From Candidatus Nanoarchaeia archaeon (GTDB lineage Archaea; Nanobdellota; Nanobdellia; Pacearchaeales; GW2011-AR1), in assembly GCA_028713045.1 (NCBI GenBank), contig JAQTOY010000001.1:1523-65522 (forward strand): a DNA stretch of 64,000 nucleotides, written 5' to 3'. The translations under genes and the position numbers were made by a program. The number at the start of each line of letters is the position of its first letter. The stretch's first letter is position 1. The notes under the pieces are model-generated. The model did not search any database. It saw only the letters and a list, made by a program, of their open reading frames with translations, and was not told the origin of the DNA. This document shows positions 1 to 9,623 of the stretch, piece after piece.

Positions 1-60
1 CATATCAAAATTAAATTTAAATAATCCGCTTTACTAATAGTATTAAGAAAAAGAGGAAAA

Positions 61-345
61 ATGGCAATTTCAGAAAAAAAATATGACATGTTTGTAATCT
101 CCTGGGTTGTTGTCTTATTGTTATTGTTATTGTTTTTTGGTTCTTTTAGTTTTATTAAGGAAATGAAAAAGAACAATGCCATAACCGGTTTTGTAACATC
201 CGGAGATACAAATCAAACCAAGCCTCAAGAAGTCTATTCAATAAAATCCTATACCATCTTTTATCTCAGCGTGATTTTCTTGATAATAGCAGTTGCAATC
301 ATCTCTTTGATATTGATTGTTCCTAAGATAAAGAAATATACTTGA
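61..345 (+). CDS. small membrane protein, hypothetical
   Basis: 94 aa, two hydrophobic helices flanking an ITGFVT motif typical of DPANN membrane proteins. Confidence 0.6.
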   Translation: MAISEKKYDMFVISWVVVLLLLLLFFGSFSFIKEMKKNNAITGFVTSGDTNQTKPQEVYSIKSYTIFYLSVIFLIIAVAIISLILIVPKIKKYT

Positions 346-374
346 AAATTTTTTATGTAAATATCATTTCTGCA

Positions 375-1067
375 TTAAGGATTCTCGCTAGCCAACTCTT
401 TTCTTACTTCTCTTGCATATTTTCCTGCAAGATGCATTGGCTCTGGCTTTTTATGTGGAAGATGAATTAATTGCTTTGATAATTCGTAAGAGCTTTCAAC
501 CGAAATTAAACTTCCAGGGCTGATATACATAGGATTACTTTCGGGCTTGCTTTTCAAAAGTTTTCCTACTTTTTTTCCATCTTTTAAGATATCTTCATCT
601 TTAATCTCGCAATCAATAAAAGAATCAGAAACCCCTATGCTAGGAACCCCGGTTGACAAGCTAAAATGACTGGCCAATCCTAATCTTGGGTGTATGATTC
701 CCTGACCCGGAACAAAGACAACGTCGGGTTTTTCATGTAGATTATTGAATGCAATAATCATTGCAGGAAGCTCACGATAACTTCTAAATCCAGGAACATA
801 CGGAAATCTTACTTTCTCAAAGGCATAGGCTCGGTCTATAATCTCAAAATTTTTATCACAAACAATAATACAAGACAGCAATTTATTGTTTATAAAAATA
901 TTATCGAAAGCTCCGAACCGGTCCGATAGAGAGAAATCTATCTTGTTTTTTATTGAAAGTTCTTTTGCAAGTTTCAACTGCTCTTTTTCTAGCTTGTCAA
1001 AATCAATCCCATATTTAGCAGCTAAATCTTGTTTTCTAGTTTTAATGTCGTGATTTTCTTTTTCCAT
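375..1067 (-). CDS. nfi: endonuclease V family protein (degenerate active site)
   Basis: FPYVPGF wedge, YRELP, GxGIIHPR.GLASH, YISPG and PEP motifs. Confidence 0.85.
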   Translation of the reverse strand: MEKENHDIKTRKQDLAAKYGIDFDKLEKEQLKLAKELSIKNKIDFSLSDRFGAFDNIFINNKLLSCIIVCDKNFEIIDRAYAFEKVRFPYVPGFRSYRELPAMIIAFNNLHEKPDVVFVPGQGIIHPRLGLASHFSLSTGVPSIGVSDSFIDCEIKDEDILKDGKKVGKLLKSKPESNPMYISPGSLISVESSYELSKQLIHLPHKKPEPMHLAGKYAREVRKELASENP

Positions 1068-1436
1068 ATTTAAACCTCTTTGTATTTTACTAAAAATTAT
1101 ATATATTTTTAGAATACTTATGGTTTAAAAAGCTTTTTGATTACTTTATTTGAAATTTATTCTGCTTTCAGCAAGCCTAAATTTCTTTTATTATCATTAG
1201 TGTAAGTATAAAATAAGGCGGGGAGAGTGAATATGATTAGGATTATACAATTCAAGCAAAAAACTTTTAACTCTCTTCTTACTTTTTCAATTTAATCTTA
1301 ACAATTAAGAAGAAATTTTGCATTGCCAAAGGCATGTAAAATTTTAATACATTTAAAAATCCGATTATTCTTTCACGCAAAATTAATTAAAAAATTATCC
1401 AAAAGATATTTAAATCAATTTTTACTTAAAAAAAAT

Positions 1437-2075
1437 ATGTTTAAGAAAAAATGTGGTAGATGTGGTGAAAAAATAAATAAAAATTTTGATTTTTGTCCTG
1501 TCTGTGGTTCCGATCAAAAATCCAAAAATTATAAGGAGGATTTTGGATTATTGGGTAAAAGTGATATTCCAGATGAACCTTTGTTTAGAACGGGAAATTC
1601 TTTTATGGAAAAAATGTTTGAAACCGCATTCAAAGTTTTGGAAAAGCAAATGAAGAACATCCCAAATGATTCTATGAATCCTCCAGCAACTTCACTTCCT
1701 AACAACATGCATATACAATTTTTCGTGAATGGAAAAAGAGTCCTTCCGGATAATTTCAACAATAAGCAGGCAAAGCCGATTGTCAAAAAAATAAAAAATG
1801 TTATTTCTGAAGATAGATTGAGTGAAATCTCAAAACTTCCAAGAGAAGAACCTTCTTCGAAATTAAAAAGAATGTCCGGAAAAATTATATATGAATTTAA
1901 TGTTCCAGGAGTCAGAAATATAGAGGATATAATAATAAATAAACTGGAAAATTCTGTTGAAATAAAGGCCCTTGCAGAAAACAAAGTATATTCTAAAACT
2001 TTGAACATCAAACTTCCGGTTCTGGGCTATAAATTGGTAAATGGAAATCTTAGTGTTGAATTCTTAGGGCAATAA
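1437..2075 (+). CDS. zinc-ribbon + Hsp20/alpha-crystallin-like domain protein
   Basis: ATG at 1437 preferred to TTG 1323; CxxC-x10-CPxCG at N-terminus; C-terminal VPGV..I..LENSVEIKA..NGNL. Confidence 0.7.
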   Translation: MFKKKCGRCGEKINKNFDFCPVCGSDQKSKNYKEDFGLLGKSDIPDEPLFRTGNSFMEKMFETAFKVLEKQMKNIPNDSMNPPATSLPNNMHIQFFVNGKRVLPDNFNNKQAKPIVKKIKNVISEDRLSEISKLPREEPSSKLKRMSGKIIYEFNVPGVRNIEDIIINKLENSVEIKALAENKVYSKTLNIKLPVLGYKLVNGNLSVEFLGQ

Positions 2076-2179
2076 TCTCTAGAAATTTTTAAAGATAATT
2101 TGCTTAATTTTATAATTAATGTTTATGCAGGATTTAAGAGTAAGTAAGATTGGAACACTAAATAATCCTTTGAAAAAAT

Positions 2180-2307
2180 ATTAAAAATTAAATGAGGCTG
2201 CCAAGCCCTCAAGAATCTATATTCGATTCTTGGTGACTTAAACTCTCCTCTATCGAGTTTAAGTATTTGAAAAATCTTGGCATTAAAAATTAAATGAGGC
2301 TGCCAAG
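2180..2307. repeat. 26-bp direct repeat duplicating the tRNA-Ile 3' end and trailer
   Basis: ATTAAAAATTAAATGAGGCTGCCAAG at 2180-2205 and 2282-2307, with two hairpins between the copies. Confidence 0.9.
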
Positions 2308-2403
2308 ATTTGAACTTGGGACCCCGGCCTTTCTGAATTAAGATTCAAATTGAACCTATATTTATATCAGAGCCGTGCTCTAACCGGGCTGAGCTACAGC
2401 CTC
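2295..2403 (-). tRNA. tRNA-Ile(GAU) with 34-nt intron at 37/38 (2331-2364)
   Basis: acceptor GAGGCTG/CAGCCTC, D-arm GCTC/GAGC, anticodon GAT (2368-2366), T-arm CCAAG-TTCAAAT-CTTGG; BHB helix CTGA/TCAG with 3-nt bulges; no encoded CCA. Confidence 0.95.
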
Positions 2404-2514
2404 ATTATTAATATTTAATAAAATGCTTATTTAAAACTTTCTTTAAAATAAATTTTGTATTTAATTATTTTGATTTATCACAACCTTTAAAAAGCAATTT
2501 TATTTAATGAAATC

Positions 2515-3087
2515 ATGGTACAAGGACTTTATCATCATCTAAGGCAGGCATGGAGGAATCCAGATTCAATAAGACTCAGAGAACTCATGACTAAATGGCG
2601 TTCTGAACCCGTAGTTTTTAAAATTGAAAAACCGACAAGATTGGATAAGGCAAGAGCCCTTGGTTATAAGGCAAAAAAGGGTTTTGTGATGGTTAGAGTA
2701 AGAGTTAAAAGAGGAGGAAAACAAAGAGAGAGAACAAACAAAGCAAGAAAGCCTAAAAAACATACAATAAGGCTGATTCTTAAAATGAATTATAGATGGG
2801 TAGCTGAACAAAGGGTTCAAAAGTACTTTCCAAATCTGGAAGTTCTTAATAGCTATCCCGTTGGAAAAGATGGAAAGTATTATTTTTTTGAAGTCATAAT
2901 GGTTGATTATTCGAAACCAGAAATAATCAATGATAGGACCATAAACTGGATTTGTAGTCCCTCAAACAGGAATCGTGTTTTTAGGGGATTAACTTCTGCT
3001 GCAAAGAAATCCAGAGGACTTAGAAAAAAATCAAGGAACATGAAAGTACGTCCTAGTCTAAGAGCTTGGAATAGATTGGGGAAATAA
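2515..3087 (+). CDS. rpl15e: 50S ribosomal protein L15e
   Basis: PTRLDKARALGYKAKKG, NLEVLNSY, FEVIMVD, RGLTSA. Confidence 0.98.
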   Translation: MVQGLYHHLRQAWRNPDSIRLRELMTKWRSEPVVFKIEKPTRLDKARALGYKAKKGFVMVRVRVKRGGKQRERTNKARKPKKHTIRLILKMNYRWVAEQRVQKYFPNLEVLNSYPVGKDGKYYFFEVIMVDYSKPEIINDRTINWICSPSNRNRVFRGLTSAAKKSRGLRKKSRNMKVRPSLRAWNRLGK

Positions 3088-3141
3088 AAAGATATTTCTT
3101 AATGACAAAATTCTTTTAAATAATATTCTGAAAATATTATC

Positions 3142-3705
3142 ATGTTATTAGTGCCTAGCTCTAGAACTTTAGAACTGATTGGTTGGGATGAAAACTCCTT
3201 TTGTAAATGGACAGAGATTCAAGTTGATGGTTTTTCCCCTGTAGCAAGGGAATTAGGATTTATTTCCCATGTAGCGGGATATGTGTTGGGATTACCAGAA
3301 TTTTATAGCACCGTGCATAGGATAATTTTGAATGAACAATTTATGAAGAGACATCATTTTGATTTAGTAAATGATGCTCTTAGAAATGCTTTGGAACATG
3401 GTTCAGTTGAAACAGGTAAAAATACTCCCTATTGTCATGGAGTATTTTTTGGAAGTAAAGGGATATGTAATGGATTTCAGGATCAAGGAGGTTATTATAA
3501 AAGACCAGAAATAAAAAGAATATTTGAAGCAAAAAACTGGCGACTTCTGCAAGACTTGCAACCAAGAATAGGGTATGGAGTTCAATTTATTTGTGATCTT
3601 TCAGATTTAGTTGAAGTTGATACAGAAAAAGGTATTCTTTATTGCAGTCAATTAATAAAACCCGAACATATTGAAAGAAGAATTGAAAGGGATAAGAAGG
3701 ATTAA
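3142..3705 (+). CDS. stand-alone GHKL/HATPase_c-like protein
   Basis: N-box DALRNALEHG, G1-like DQGG, G2-like GYGVQFI. Confidence 0.5.
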   Translation: MLLVPSSRTLELIGWDENSFCKWTEIQVDGFSPVARELGFISHVAGYVLGLPEFYSTVHRIILNEQFMKRHHFDLVNDALRNALEHGSVETGKNTPYCHGVFFGSKGICNGFQDQGGYYKRPEIKRIFEAKNWRLLQDLQPRIGYGVQFICDLSDLVEVDTEKGILYCSQLIKPEHIERRIERDKKD

Positions 3706-3763
3706 TAAAACTTTTAATTATTTTTACAATAATTAATATATACTCTAAAGTTCAGTTTTTTTA

Positions 3764-4114
3764 ATGAAAAGAAATAATGCCAAGACTAGATTGTTTGTTA
3801 ATCTAAGAACAATTTATTTTGAACAGTTTAGAAATAGAACTAAACGTTATGAAATAAGGTCTTATGGTAAAGGTTTTAATGAAAAGTATGTTTATACAGA
3901 CAGAGATGTTGAATTAAGAAATGCCTGGAATAGGGGCTCTTTATTTGGAACAATTGGCGAGGTTGTTATAGGATCTCTTGATAATATTTTAGATAAAGTT
4001 GATTATAGGTTAATACTTTCTGAAAGTAATTCAAGAGAAGATGCGAAAAGAACCATTACAGAGATTCTTGGAACTTGTGACAAATATGTTGCTTTTGAAG
4101 TTATATTGGATTAA
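3764..4114 (+). CDS. ASCH/PUA-like domain protein
   Basis: YFEQF..RTKRYEIR resembles the ASCH GxKxxExR motif; C-terminal YVAFEV. Confidence 0.55.
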   Translation: MKRNNAKTRLFVNLRTIYFEQFRNRTKRYEIRSYGKGFNEKYVYTDRDVELRNAWNRGSLFGTIGEVVIGSLDNILDKVDYRLILSESNSREDAKRTITEILGTCDKYVAFEVILD

Positions 4115-4161
4115 TCTTGAAGCTAATTTTGATTAATATTTTTTCCTTTAATTTTTAAGCT

Positions 4162-4638
4162 TCAACAGTTTTCCGTTAAGTCTAGTTTTGATAAGGCATA
4201 TCTTTGAAAAACTTCACCTAAATCATGAACTTTTGCATAATCTTGAACTATTTGTGCATTTATTACAACTTCATCCACTGAAGTTCCATGCCTTTGTGAC
4301 TCAAATCTTCTTAATTCTCCTTCAAAAGGATTCTCACCATCATCATCTTTGGAGTCTTCGGCGAATAATGCACCAAAAAAATAAGTAGTTATCCATGTTT
4401 CTCTATCTGCAATTCCATGTTCTCTGCGAGCATCATTGAACAAATAGCTATCCATGCTCTTTGAATTAGAATTTTCTGGAACAGATCCCCTTTCCCTAAG
4501 AGAATATGCTCTTGCTATAAGATAATCAACTGTCGCTGGGACGCCTACGTCATAACCTAGTTGTTGACTATGAAGATGTTTTTCATCACGAATCCAACGA
4601 AAAATCCTATCATAATGCACTCCGAGTTTGTCATTCAT
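4162..4638 (-). CDS. hypothetical protein
   Basis: 158-aa ORF with upstream TATA-like box; no firm family. Confidence 0.55.
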   Translation of the reverse strand: MNDKLGVHYDRIFRWIRDEKHLHSQQLGYDVGVPATVDYLIARAYSLRERGSVPENSNSKSMDSYLFNDARREHGIADRETWITTYFFGALFAEDSKDDDGENPFEGELRRFESQRHGTSVDEVVINAQIVQDYAKVHDLGEVFQRYALSKLDLTENC

Positions 4639-4794
4639 TTAATTAATTATCTCAAATAATTTTTAAAGATTATTGCATCTAAAAATATATTTAAAAATCT
4701 TTGTCTATCTTATAAAAATAGAATCAATTTTTTCTTCATAATAACCTTTAATAACTTCTATTTTTTATTATGAATGTAAAAAGAAGGTTGATAA

Positions 4795-6504
4795 ATGTTA
4801 TATAAAGAACTTTGTGAAGTTTATGAGGAGCTTGAAAAAAATCCTTCTAGACTGAAAAAGACTGAGATTTTAGCTAATTTTTTGAAAAAGCTGAAACATG
4901 AGAAGCATCTGGAAATTATTTATCTTTTGCAGGGAAAGACTTTTCCAGATTATTCTGAAAAAGAGTTTGGAATCTCAGAGCAGTTATGTATAAAGGCTCT
5001 AGAAAAATCTTCTGGAATTTCAGCAAAAGATATTGTATTAAAATGGAAAAAGTATGGAGATTTGGGATTGGTTGCGGAAAATGTTATATGGGGCAAAAAA
5101 CAAAACACGCTTTTTTCAAAAAGACTTACAACTGAAAAAATTTTAGAGAATTTAAAAAAACTTCCAGAATTGGTTGGAAAAGGCACTGTTGATAAAAAAC
5201 TTGCCTTAATTTCAGAATTATTGACAAGCGCTTCTGGAATTGAAGCCAAGTACATTATAAGGACTTTGTTAAATGATTTAAGGATAGGTGTTGCATCAGG
5301 AACAATAAGAGACGCTATTGTTGAAGCAGTTTTGGAAAAAAATAATGAGAACCTTGAAGCAGTCCAGCAATCATACGATAAAGCAAATGATTTTGCTCTT
5401 GTTTTTGAAAAAGCCATTAAAGGAATAAAAGAACTTCATAAAACAGAATTGGTTCCAGGACATCCATTAAAGGTTATGCTTGCTTTGAAAGCAGAAAGCA
5501 TTGCAGATGGTTTTGAAAGGGTTGGAAAGCCGGCATGTTTTGAGTATAAATACGATGGATTCAGGATGCTTATCAATAAGGATGAAAAAGGGAATATTAA
5601 GATTTTTACAAGAAGACTTGATGAAGTTACAAAACAGTTCCCCGATGTTGTAAAGTACATCAAGGAGAATATAAAAGCAAAATCTTTTATAATAGATTCT
5701 GAATCCGTAGGCTATGATCCAAAAACTAAAAGATACAAGCAATTCCAGGATATTTCTCAAAGAATAAGAAGAAAATATGACATTGACAAATTGATAAAAG
5801 AGCTTCCTGTCGAAATCAATGCATTTGATATTTTATATCTAAACGGAAAATCTCTGATAGAAGAGCCTTTTGAAAAAAGAAGCAAATTATTAAGGGGAAT
5901 AATTGATAATAAAAAATATCATCTGCAGGCAGCAGAACAATTAATAACTTCTGATGAAAAAGAAGCGGAAAAGTTTTACAAACAGGCATTGAAGGATAAT
6001 CAGGAAGGCGTGATGATAAAAAATCTTAATTCTAAATACCAGCCCGGAGCAAGAGTCGGGCATATGCTAAAACTTAAGCCTGTTGAAAATGAATTTGATT
6101 TAGTGATAACCGGTGCTGAATATGGAACAGGAAAAAGAGCGGGAATACTTTCATCTTATACTCTTTCATGCAGGAATGAAAAGACTGGAGAGCTTTTGGA
6201 AATAGGAAAAGCCTCAACAGGATTAAAGGAAAAAGAGGAAATGGGATTGTCTTATACTGAAATAACAAAAAAAATCAAGCCACTGATAACATCAGAGCAT
6301 GGAAGGGAAGTAAAAGTTAAACCAAAGATTGTTGTAACTATTATTTTCCAGAACATTCAAAGGAGCCCGACCTATGAGTCTGGATTCGCATTACGATTTC
6401 CAAGGGTAACTGCTTTAAGACCAGATAGGACTGTTCATGATATTGCAACATTGAAAGAAATTGAAGATGAATATAAGAGGATGGAGTTGAAGATACATTA
6501 CTGA
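4795..6504 (+). CDS. lig: ATP-dependent DNA ligase
   Basis: EYKYDGFR adenylation motif, EGVMIK, LRFPR. Confidence 0.97.
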   Translation: MLYKELCEVYEELEKNPSRLKKTEILANFLKKLKHEKHLEIIYLLQGKTFPDYSEKEFGISEQLCIKALEKSSGISAKDIVLKWKKYGDLGLVAENVIWGKKQNTLFSKRLTTEKILENLKKLPELVGKGTVDKKLALISELLTSASGIEAKYIIRTLLNDLRIGVASGTIRDAIVEAVLEKNNENLEAVQQSYDKANDFALVFEKAIKGIKELHKTELVPGHPLKVMLALKAESIADGFERVGKPACFEYKYDGFRMLINKDEKGNIKIFTRRLDEVTKQFPDVVKYIKENIKAKSFIIDSESVGYDPKTKRYKQFQDISQRIRRKYDIDKLIKELPVEINAFDILYLNGKSLIEEPFEKRSKLLRGIIDNKKYHLQAAEQLITSDEKEAEKFYKQALKDNQEGVMIKNLNSKYQPGARVGHMLKLKPVENEFDLVITGAEYGTGKRAGILSSYTLSCRNEKTGELLEIGKASTGLKEKEEMGLSYTEITKKIKPLITSEHGREVKVKPKIVVTIIFQNIQRSPTYESGFALRFPRVTALRPDRTVHDIATLKEIEDEYKRMELKIHY

Positions 6505-6564
6505 AAACTAAATCCTAAATTCTTACCATTTTTAAGCTCTAATCCTTCTCCTCGAGAAAAATAC

Positions 6565-6594
6565 AAAGCTTTATAAAGGCAAAAGCTTTATAAA
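6565..6594 (+). promoter_or_regulatory. tandem BRE-TATA boxes upstream of tbp
   Basis: AAAGCTTTATAAA at 6565-6577 and 6582-6594. Confidence 0.65.
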
Positions 6595-6626
6595 TGCTAT
6601 AACTATAACCATCTTCTAAAACAACA

Positions 6627-7199
6627 ATGGCTAAGAAAACATCAGCGAGCTCTAAGGGTTCTTTAAAAATACAGAATATAGTAGCAACGACTTCTCTTGG
6701 AAAGGATGTTCCTTTGACTAAATTGGCCAAAACTATAGCTAATACAGAATACAATCCCGAGCAGTTTCCAGGCTTGGTCTTAAGGATTAAACAGCCAAAA
6801 TCTGCAGTTCTAGTATTTTCATCTGGGAACCTTGTATGCACTGGAACAAAATCAATAGCTCAGGTCAAGGAAGTGATTGAACAGGTTATCAAAACATTAA
6901 GAAAAATCAATGTAGAGATAACAGACAAGCCAAAAATAACTGTCCAGAACATAGTTGCCTCTGGAAACATAAATATGATGCTAAATTTAAACTATCTTGC
7001 ACTAGAATTAACAAATACAGAATATGAGCCGGAACAGTTTCCAGGATTAGTGTATAAGTTAATAGAGCCCAATGCTACTTTCCTTTTGTTTTCAAATGGA
7101 AAATTAGTATGCACAGGAACGAAAAACAATCAGCAATTGGAAGATTCTATGGATCAGCTGATTAAAACTTTGAAGCAGGCTGAAAAAAACAAGGAATAG
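6627..7199 (+). CDS. tbp: TATA-box binding protein
   Basis: two repeats of QNIVA...EY(N/E)PEQFPGLV...FSxGxLVCTG. Confidence 0.98.
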   Translation: MAKKTSASSKGSLKIQNIVATTSLGKDVPLTKLAKTIANTEYNPEQFPGLVLRIKQPKSAVLVFSSGNLVCTGTKSIAQVKEVIEQVIKTLRKINVEITDKPKITVQNIVASGNINMMLNLNYLALELTNTEYEPEQFPGLVYKLIEPNATFLLFSNGKLVCTGTKNNQQLEDSMDQLIKTLKQAEKNKE

Positions 7200-7229
7200 T
7201 ATTAAAAACCTGATTGTTCTAGTAAAATT

Positions 7230-7892
7230 ATGAATTCCGAGAGTATTTATGGAATAATAAGATTAAAATCTAGACAATTGGCTAAAGACATCGGGGAATA
7301 TAAATTTTATATTTTTTTAAGCTTGATTTTTCTTGTTGTTTCATTGATGCTTAATTTTTTTGCTGGAAGATATACGACTAAGGTGGGGAATGCGGTAAGT
7401 GGAGACATTATTTTAGATAACATACCGGTTTTTAATTTAAGTTTTTTTTATAGTTGGGGGGCAACGATCATTATTTTGATAATGATTTTTTATATTATAT
7501 TTTTTAGAACAAACAAATTTCATTTGTATATTGCTCATTTTTCTCTGTTGATTTTAGTTAGGAGTTTTGCAACTTGTTTGACTCATCTGAAAGTCCCAAC
7601 AGATACTGTTTATGTCTATTCAAACCTGCCTTTTCTTTTAAGATATTTTTCCTTTCAGAACGACTTGTTTTTTTCAGGGCATGTTGCTTTAAGCTTTATT
7701 GGCTTTCTTTTTTTTAAAGATTCAAAAATAAGGTGGTTTTTTTTATTAGGTTCAATCCTAATGGCAGTTACTGTTCTTTTAATGCACGCCCATTATTCAA
7801 TCGATGTGTTCAGCGCTTATTTCATCACCTATGGAACCTTTGTTTTAGGTGAAAAACTTTTTGGAAGGATATTTAAGAAAAAATCTTTTTAG
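7230..7892 (+). CDS. PAP2 / sphingomyelin-synthase-like membrane phosphotransferase
   Basis: DLFFSGH and HYSIDV motifs, multiple TM helices. Confidence 0.8.
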   Translation: MNSESIYGIIRLKSRQLAKDIGEYKFYIFLSLIFLVVSLMLNFFAGRYTTKVGNAVSGDIILDNIPVFNLSFFYSWGATIIILIMIFYIIFFRTNKFHLYIAHFSLLILVRSFATCLTHLKVPTDTVYVYSNLPFLLRYFSFQNDLFFSGHVALSFIGFLFFKDSKIRWFFLLGSILMAVTVLLMHAHYSIDVFSAYFITYGTFVLGEKLFGRIFKKKSF

Positions 7893-8638
7893 ATTTCAAT
7901 TTTAGAAAAAAGATAACTTCCTATTGATAGGATGATTAAAGAAACTATTAAAAGAATAAAAAAATCCATAAAAATTCCAAGACTAGAAATTCCGGTTAAA
8001 CATGCCCTTATGCCATCAACACCATAAGAAAGAGGATTTATTTTTGTTACTATCTTTAAAGCTTCTGGCAAGCTTTCTATTGGGAAAAGCGCTCCCGATA
8101 AGAAGAAAAGCGGCATTATTATAAAATTCATTATTAATTGAAAGCCTTGCATATCTTCAAGTCTTGAAGCAATTGCAGTTCCAAGGGCTGTAAAGAGAAC
8201 AGCAATCAAAAACATGAATATAAAAGATATTAAAATCATTGACAAGTTTACAGGCCTAAATCCTATAAGAAGGGAGATGATAAAAACAATTATTCCCTGA
8301 ATTAGTGCAACAGTTGCACCCCCTAAAGTTCTTCCTAGCATTATGCTGTATCTTGAGACTGGAGCAACTAAAGTTTCCTTTAAAAAACCAAATTGCCTGT
8401 CCCATATTATCTCTATCCCATTGAACATTGCAGTGAATAAAATGCTCATAGCAATTATTCCTGGAGCTAAAAATTCCAGGTAACTTCCTCCGCCTGCTTT
8501 TTGGAATATAGGGCCAAAGCCAAATCCTAATGCAACTAAAAATAATATCGGCTGTGCTAAACTACCGACTATTCTTGCTTTGCTTCTCCAGTACCTTTTC
8601 AATTGTCTTAACCACATTATGTATAAAGGAGAATTCAT
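7889..8638 (-). CDS. ABC-2 type transporter permease
   Basis: FLAPGII, DRQFGFLKE.LVAP, FLSGALFP, NPLSYGVD; ATGA overlap with the ATPase stop. Confidence 0.92.
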   Translation of the reverse strand: MNSPLYIMWLRQLKRYWRSKARIVGSLAQPILFLVALGFGFGPIFQKAGGGSYLEFLAPGIIAMSILFTAMFNGIEIIWDRQFGFLKETLVAPVSRYSIMLGRTLGGATVALIQGIIVFIISLLIGFRPVNLSMILISFIFMFLIAVLFTALGTAIASRLEDMQGFQLIMNFIIMPLFFLSGALFPIESLPEALKIVTKINPLSYGVDGIRACLTGISSLGIFMDFFILLIVSLIILSIGSYLFSKIEI

Positions 8639-9441
8639 CTTCTTCCCCCCCATACCCTGCGCCCCATTCTCATATGATCCTTGGCTGTTGCATGTTCTTC
8701 TCTTATTACATGACCGGTCAATTTAAGGAATGCCTCTTCCAAAGAACTGGAATTTGTCTGTTTTTTTATTTCATTAGAAGTCCCTATTTTAACTATTTCT
8801 CCATGGTCTATGATTGCTATTTTATTTGAAATTCTTTCAGCTTCATCCATATAATGGGTTGTTAAAAAAACGGTCATTTTCTCTTTTTTATTCATTTCAA
8901 CTATATACTTCCATAAAAAATTTCTTGTCTGAGGATCTAATCCTATAGTGGGCTCATCCAAAAATAAAATCTTAGGATGATGTATCAATCCCCTAGCGAT
9001 TTCTAGTCTTCTTTTCATTCCTCCAGAAAAATGTTTTACTTGCTCATCTTTTCTGGCCCAAAGTTCAACTAAGTTTAATAATTCTTCAATTCTTTTTTTT
9101 CTTATTTCTTTATTTATTCCATAAAAAATAGCATGGAATTCCATATTTTCATAAGCCGTTAATTCATCATCTAGACTGGGATCCTGAAAAACTATTCCAA
9201 AAGAATGTCTTACTCTATCTGTATCTTCAACTGGAGAAAAACCATTAATTTTTACTTCTCCTAAAGTGGGCTGCAATAGGGTTGTAAGAATCTTTATGGT
9301 TGTTGTTTTTCCAGCACCGTTTGGCCCAAGAAAAGCAAAGATTTTTCCTTCTTCAACATCAAAAGAAATATTATTGACTGCAATGAAATCACCAAATTTT
9401 TTTACGAGATTCTTGACTTCAATAATCTTTTTATTATCCAT
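8635..9441 (-). CDS. ABC transporter ATP-binding protein (DrrA-like)
   Basis: GPNGAGKTT, FSGGMKRR, LDEPT; start set at ATG 9441. Confidence 0.95.
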   Translation of the reverse strand: MDNKKIIEVKNLVKKFGDFIAVNNISFDVEEGKIFAFLGPNGAGKTTTIKILTTLLQPTLGEVKINGFSPVEDTDRVRHSFGIVFQDPSLDDELTAYENMEFHAIFYGINKEIRKKRIEELLNLVELWARKDEQVKHFSGGMKRRLEIARGLIHHPKILFLDEPTIGLDPQTRNFLWKYIVEMNKKEKMTVFLTTHYMDEAERISNKIAIIDHGEIVKIGTSNEIKKQTNSSSLEEAFLKLTGHVIREEHATAKDHMRMGRRVWGGRR

Positions 9442-9623
9442 GGAGTAGAAATAGGATTTTAAGTGTATAAATAGATTTCTTTTTGACAAACAACTTAAAA
9501 GTAATAACCACATTTTAAATACGTATTCTAATTTATATCAACCCTATAGATAAATACTTATAAATAAAAATACTTTTTTTAGTGTGCAAAACACAGAGGT
9601 TGAGAAAAAGGTGAGTTTGTAAA

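Noticed and set aside
1068..1345. AT-rich hairpins in the nfi/Hsp20 intergenic region as a replication origin
   Set aside because: No ORB-like repeats and no cdc6/orc1 gene nearby; the stems are explainable by base composition
1323..1436. N-terminal extension of the Hsp20-like ORF from a TTG start
   Set aside because: The zinc ribbon starts at ATG 1437 with a TATA-like box about 25 nt upstream; the extension is AT-rich promoter DNA
2331..2364. tRNA intron as split tRNA or guide RNA
   Set aside because: It is an ordinary cis intron at 37/38 with a canonical BHB, too short for C/D boxes
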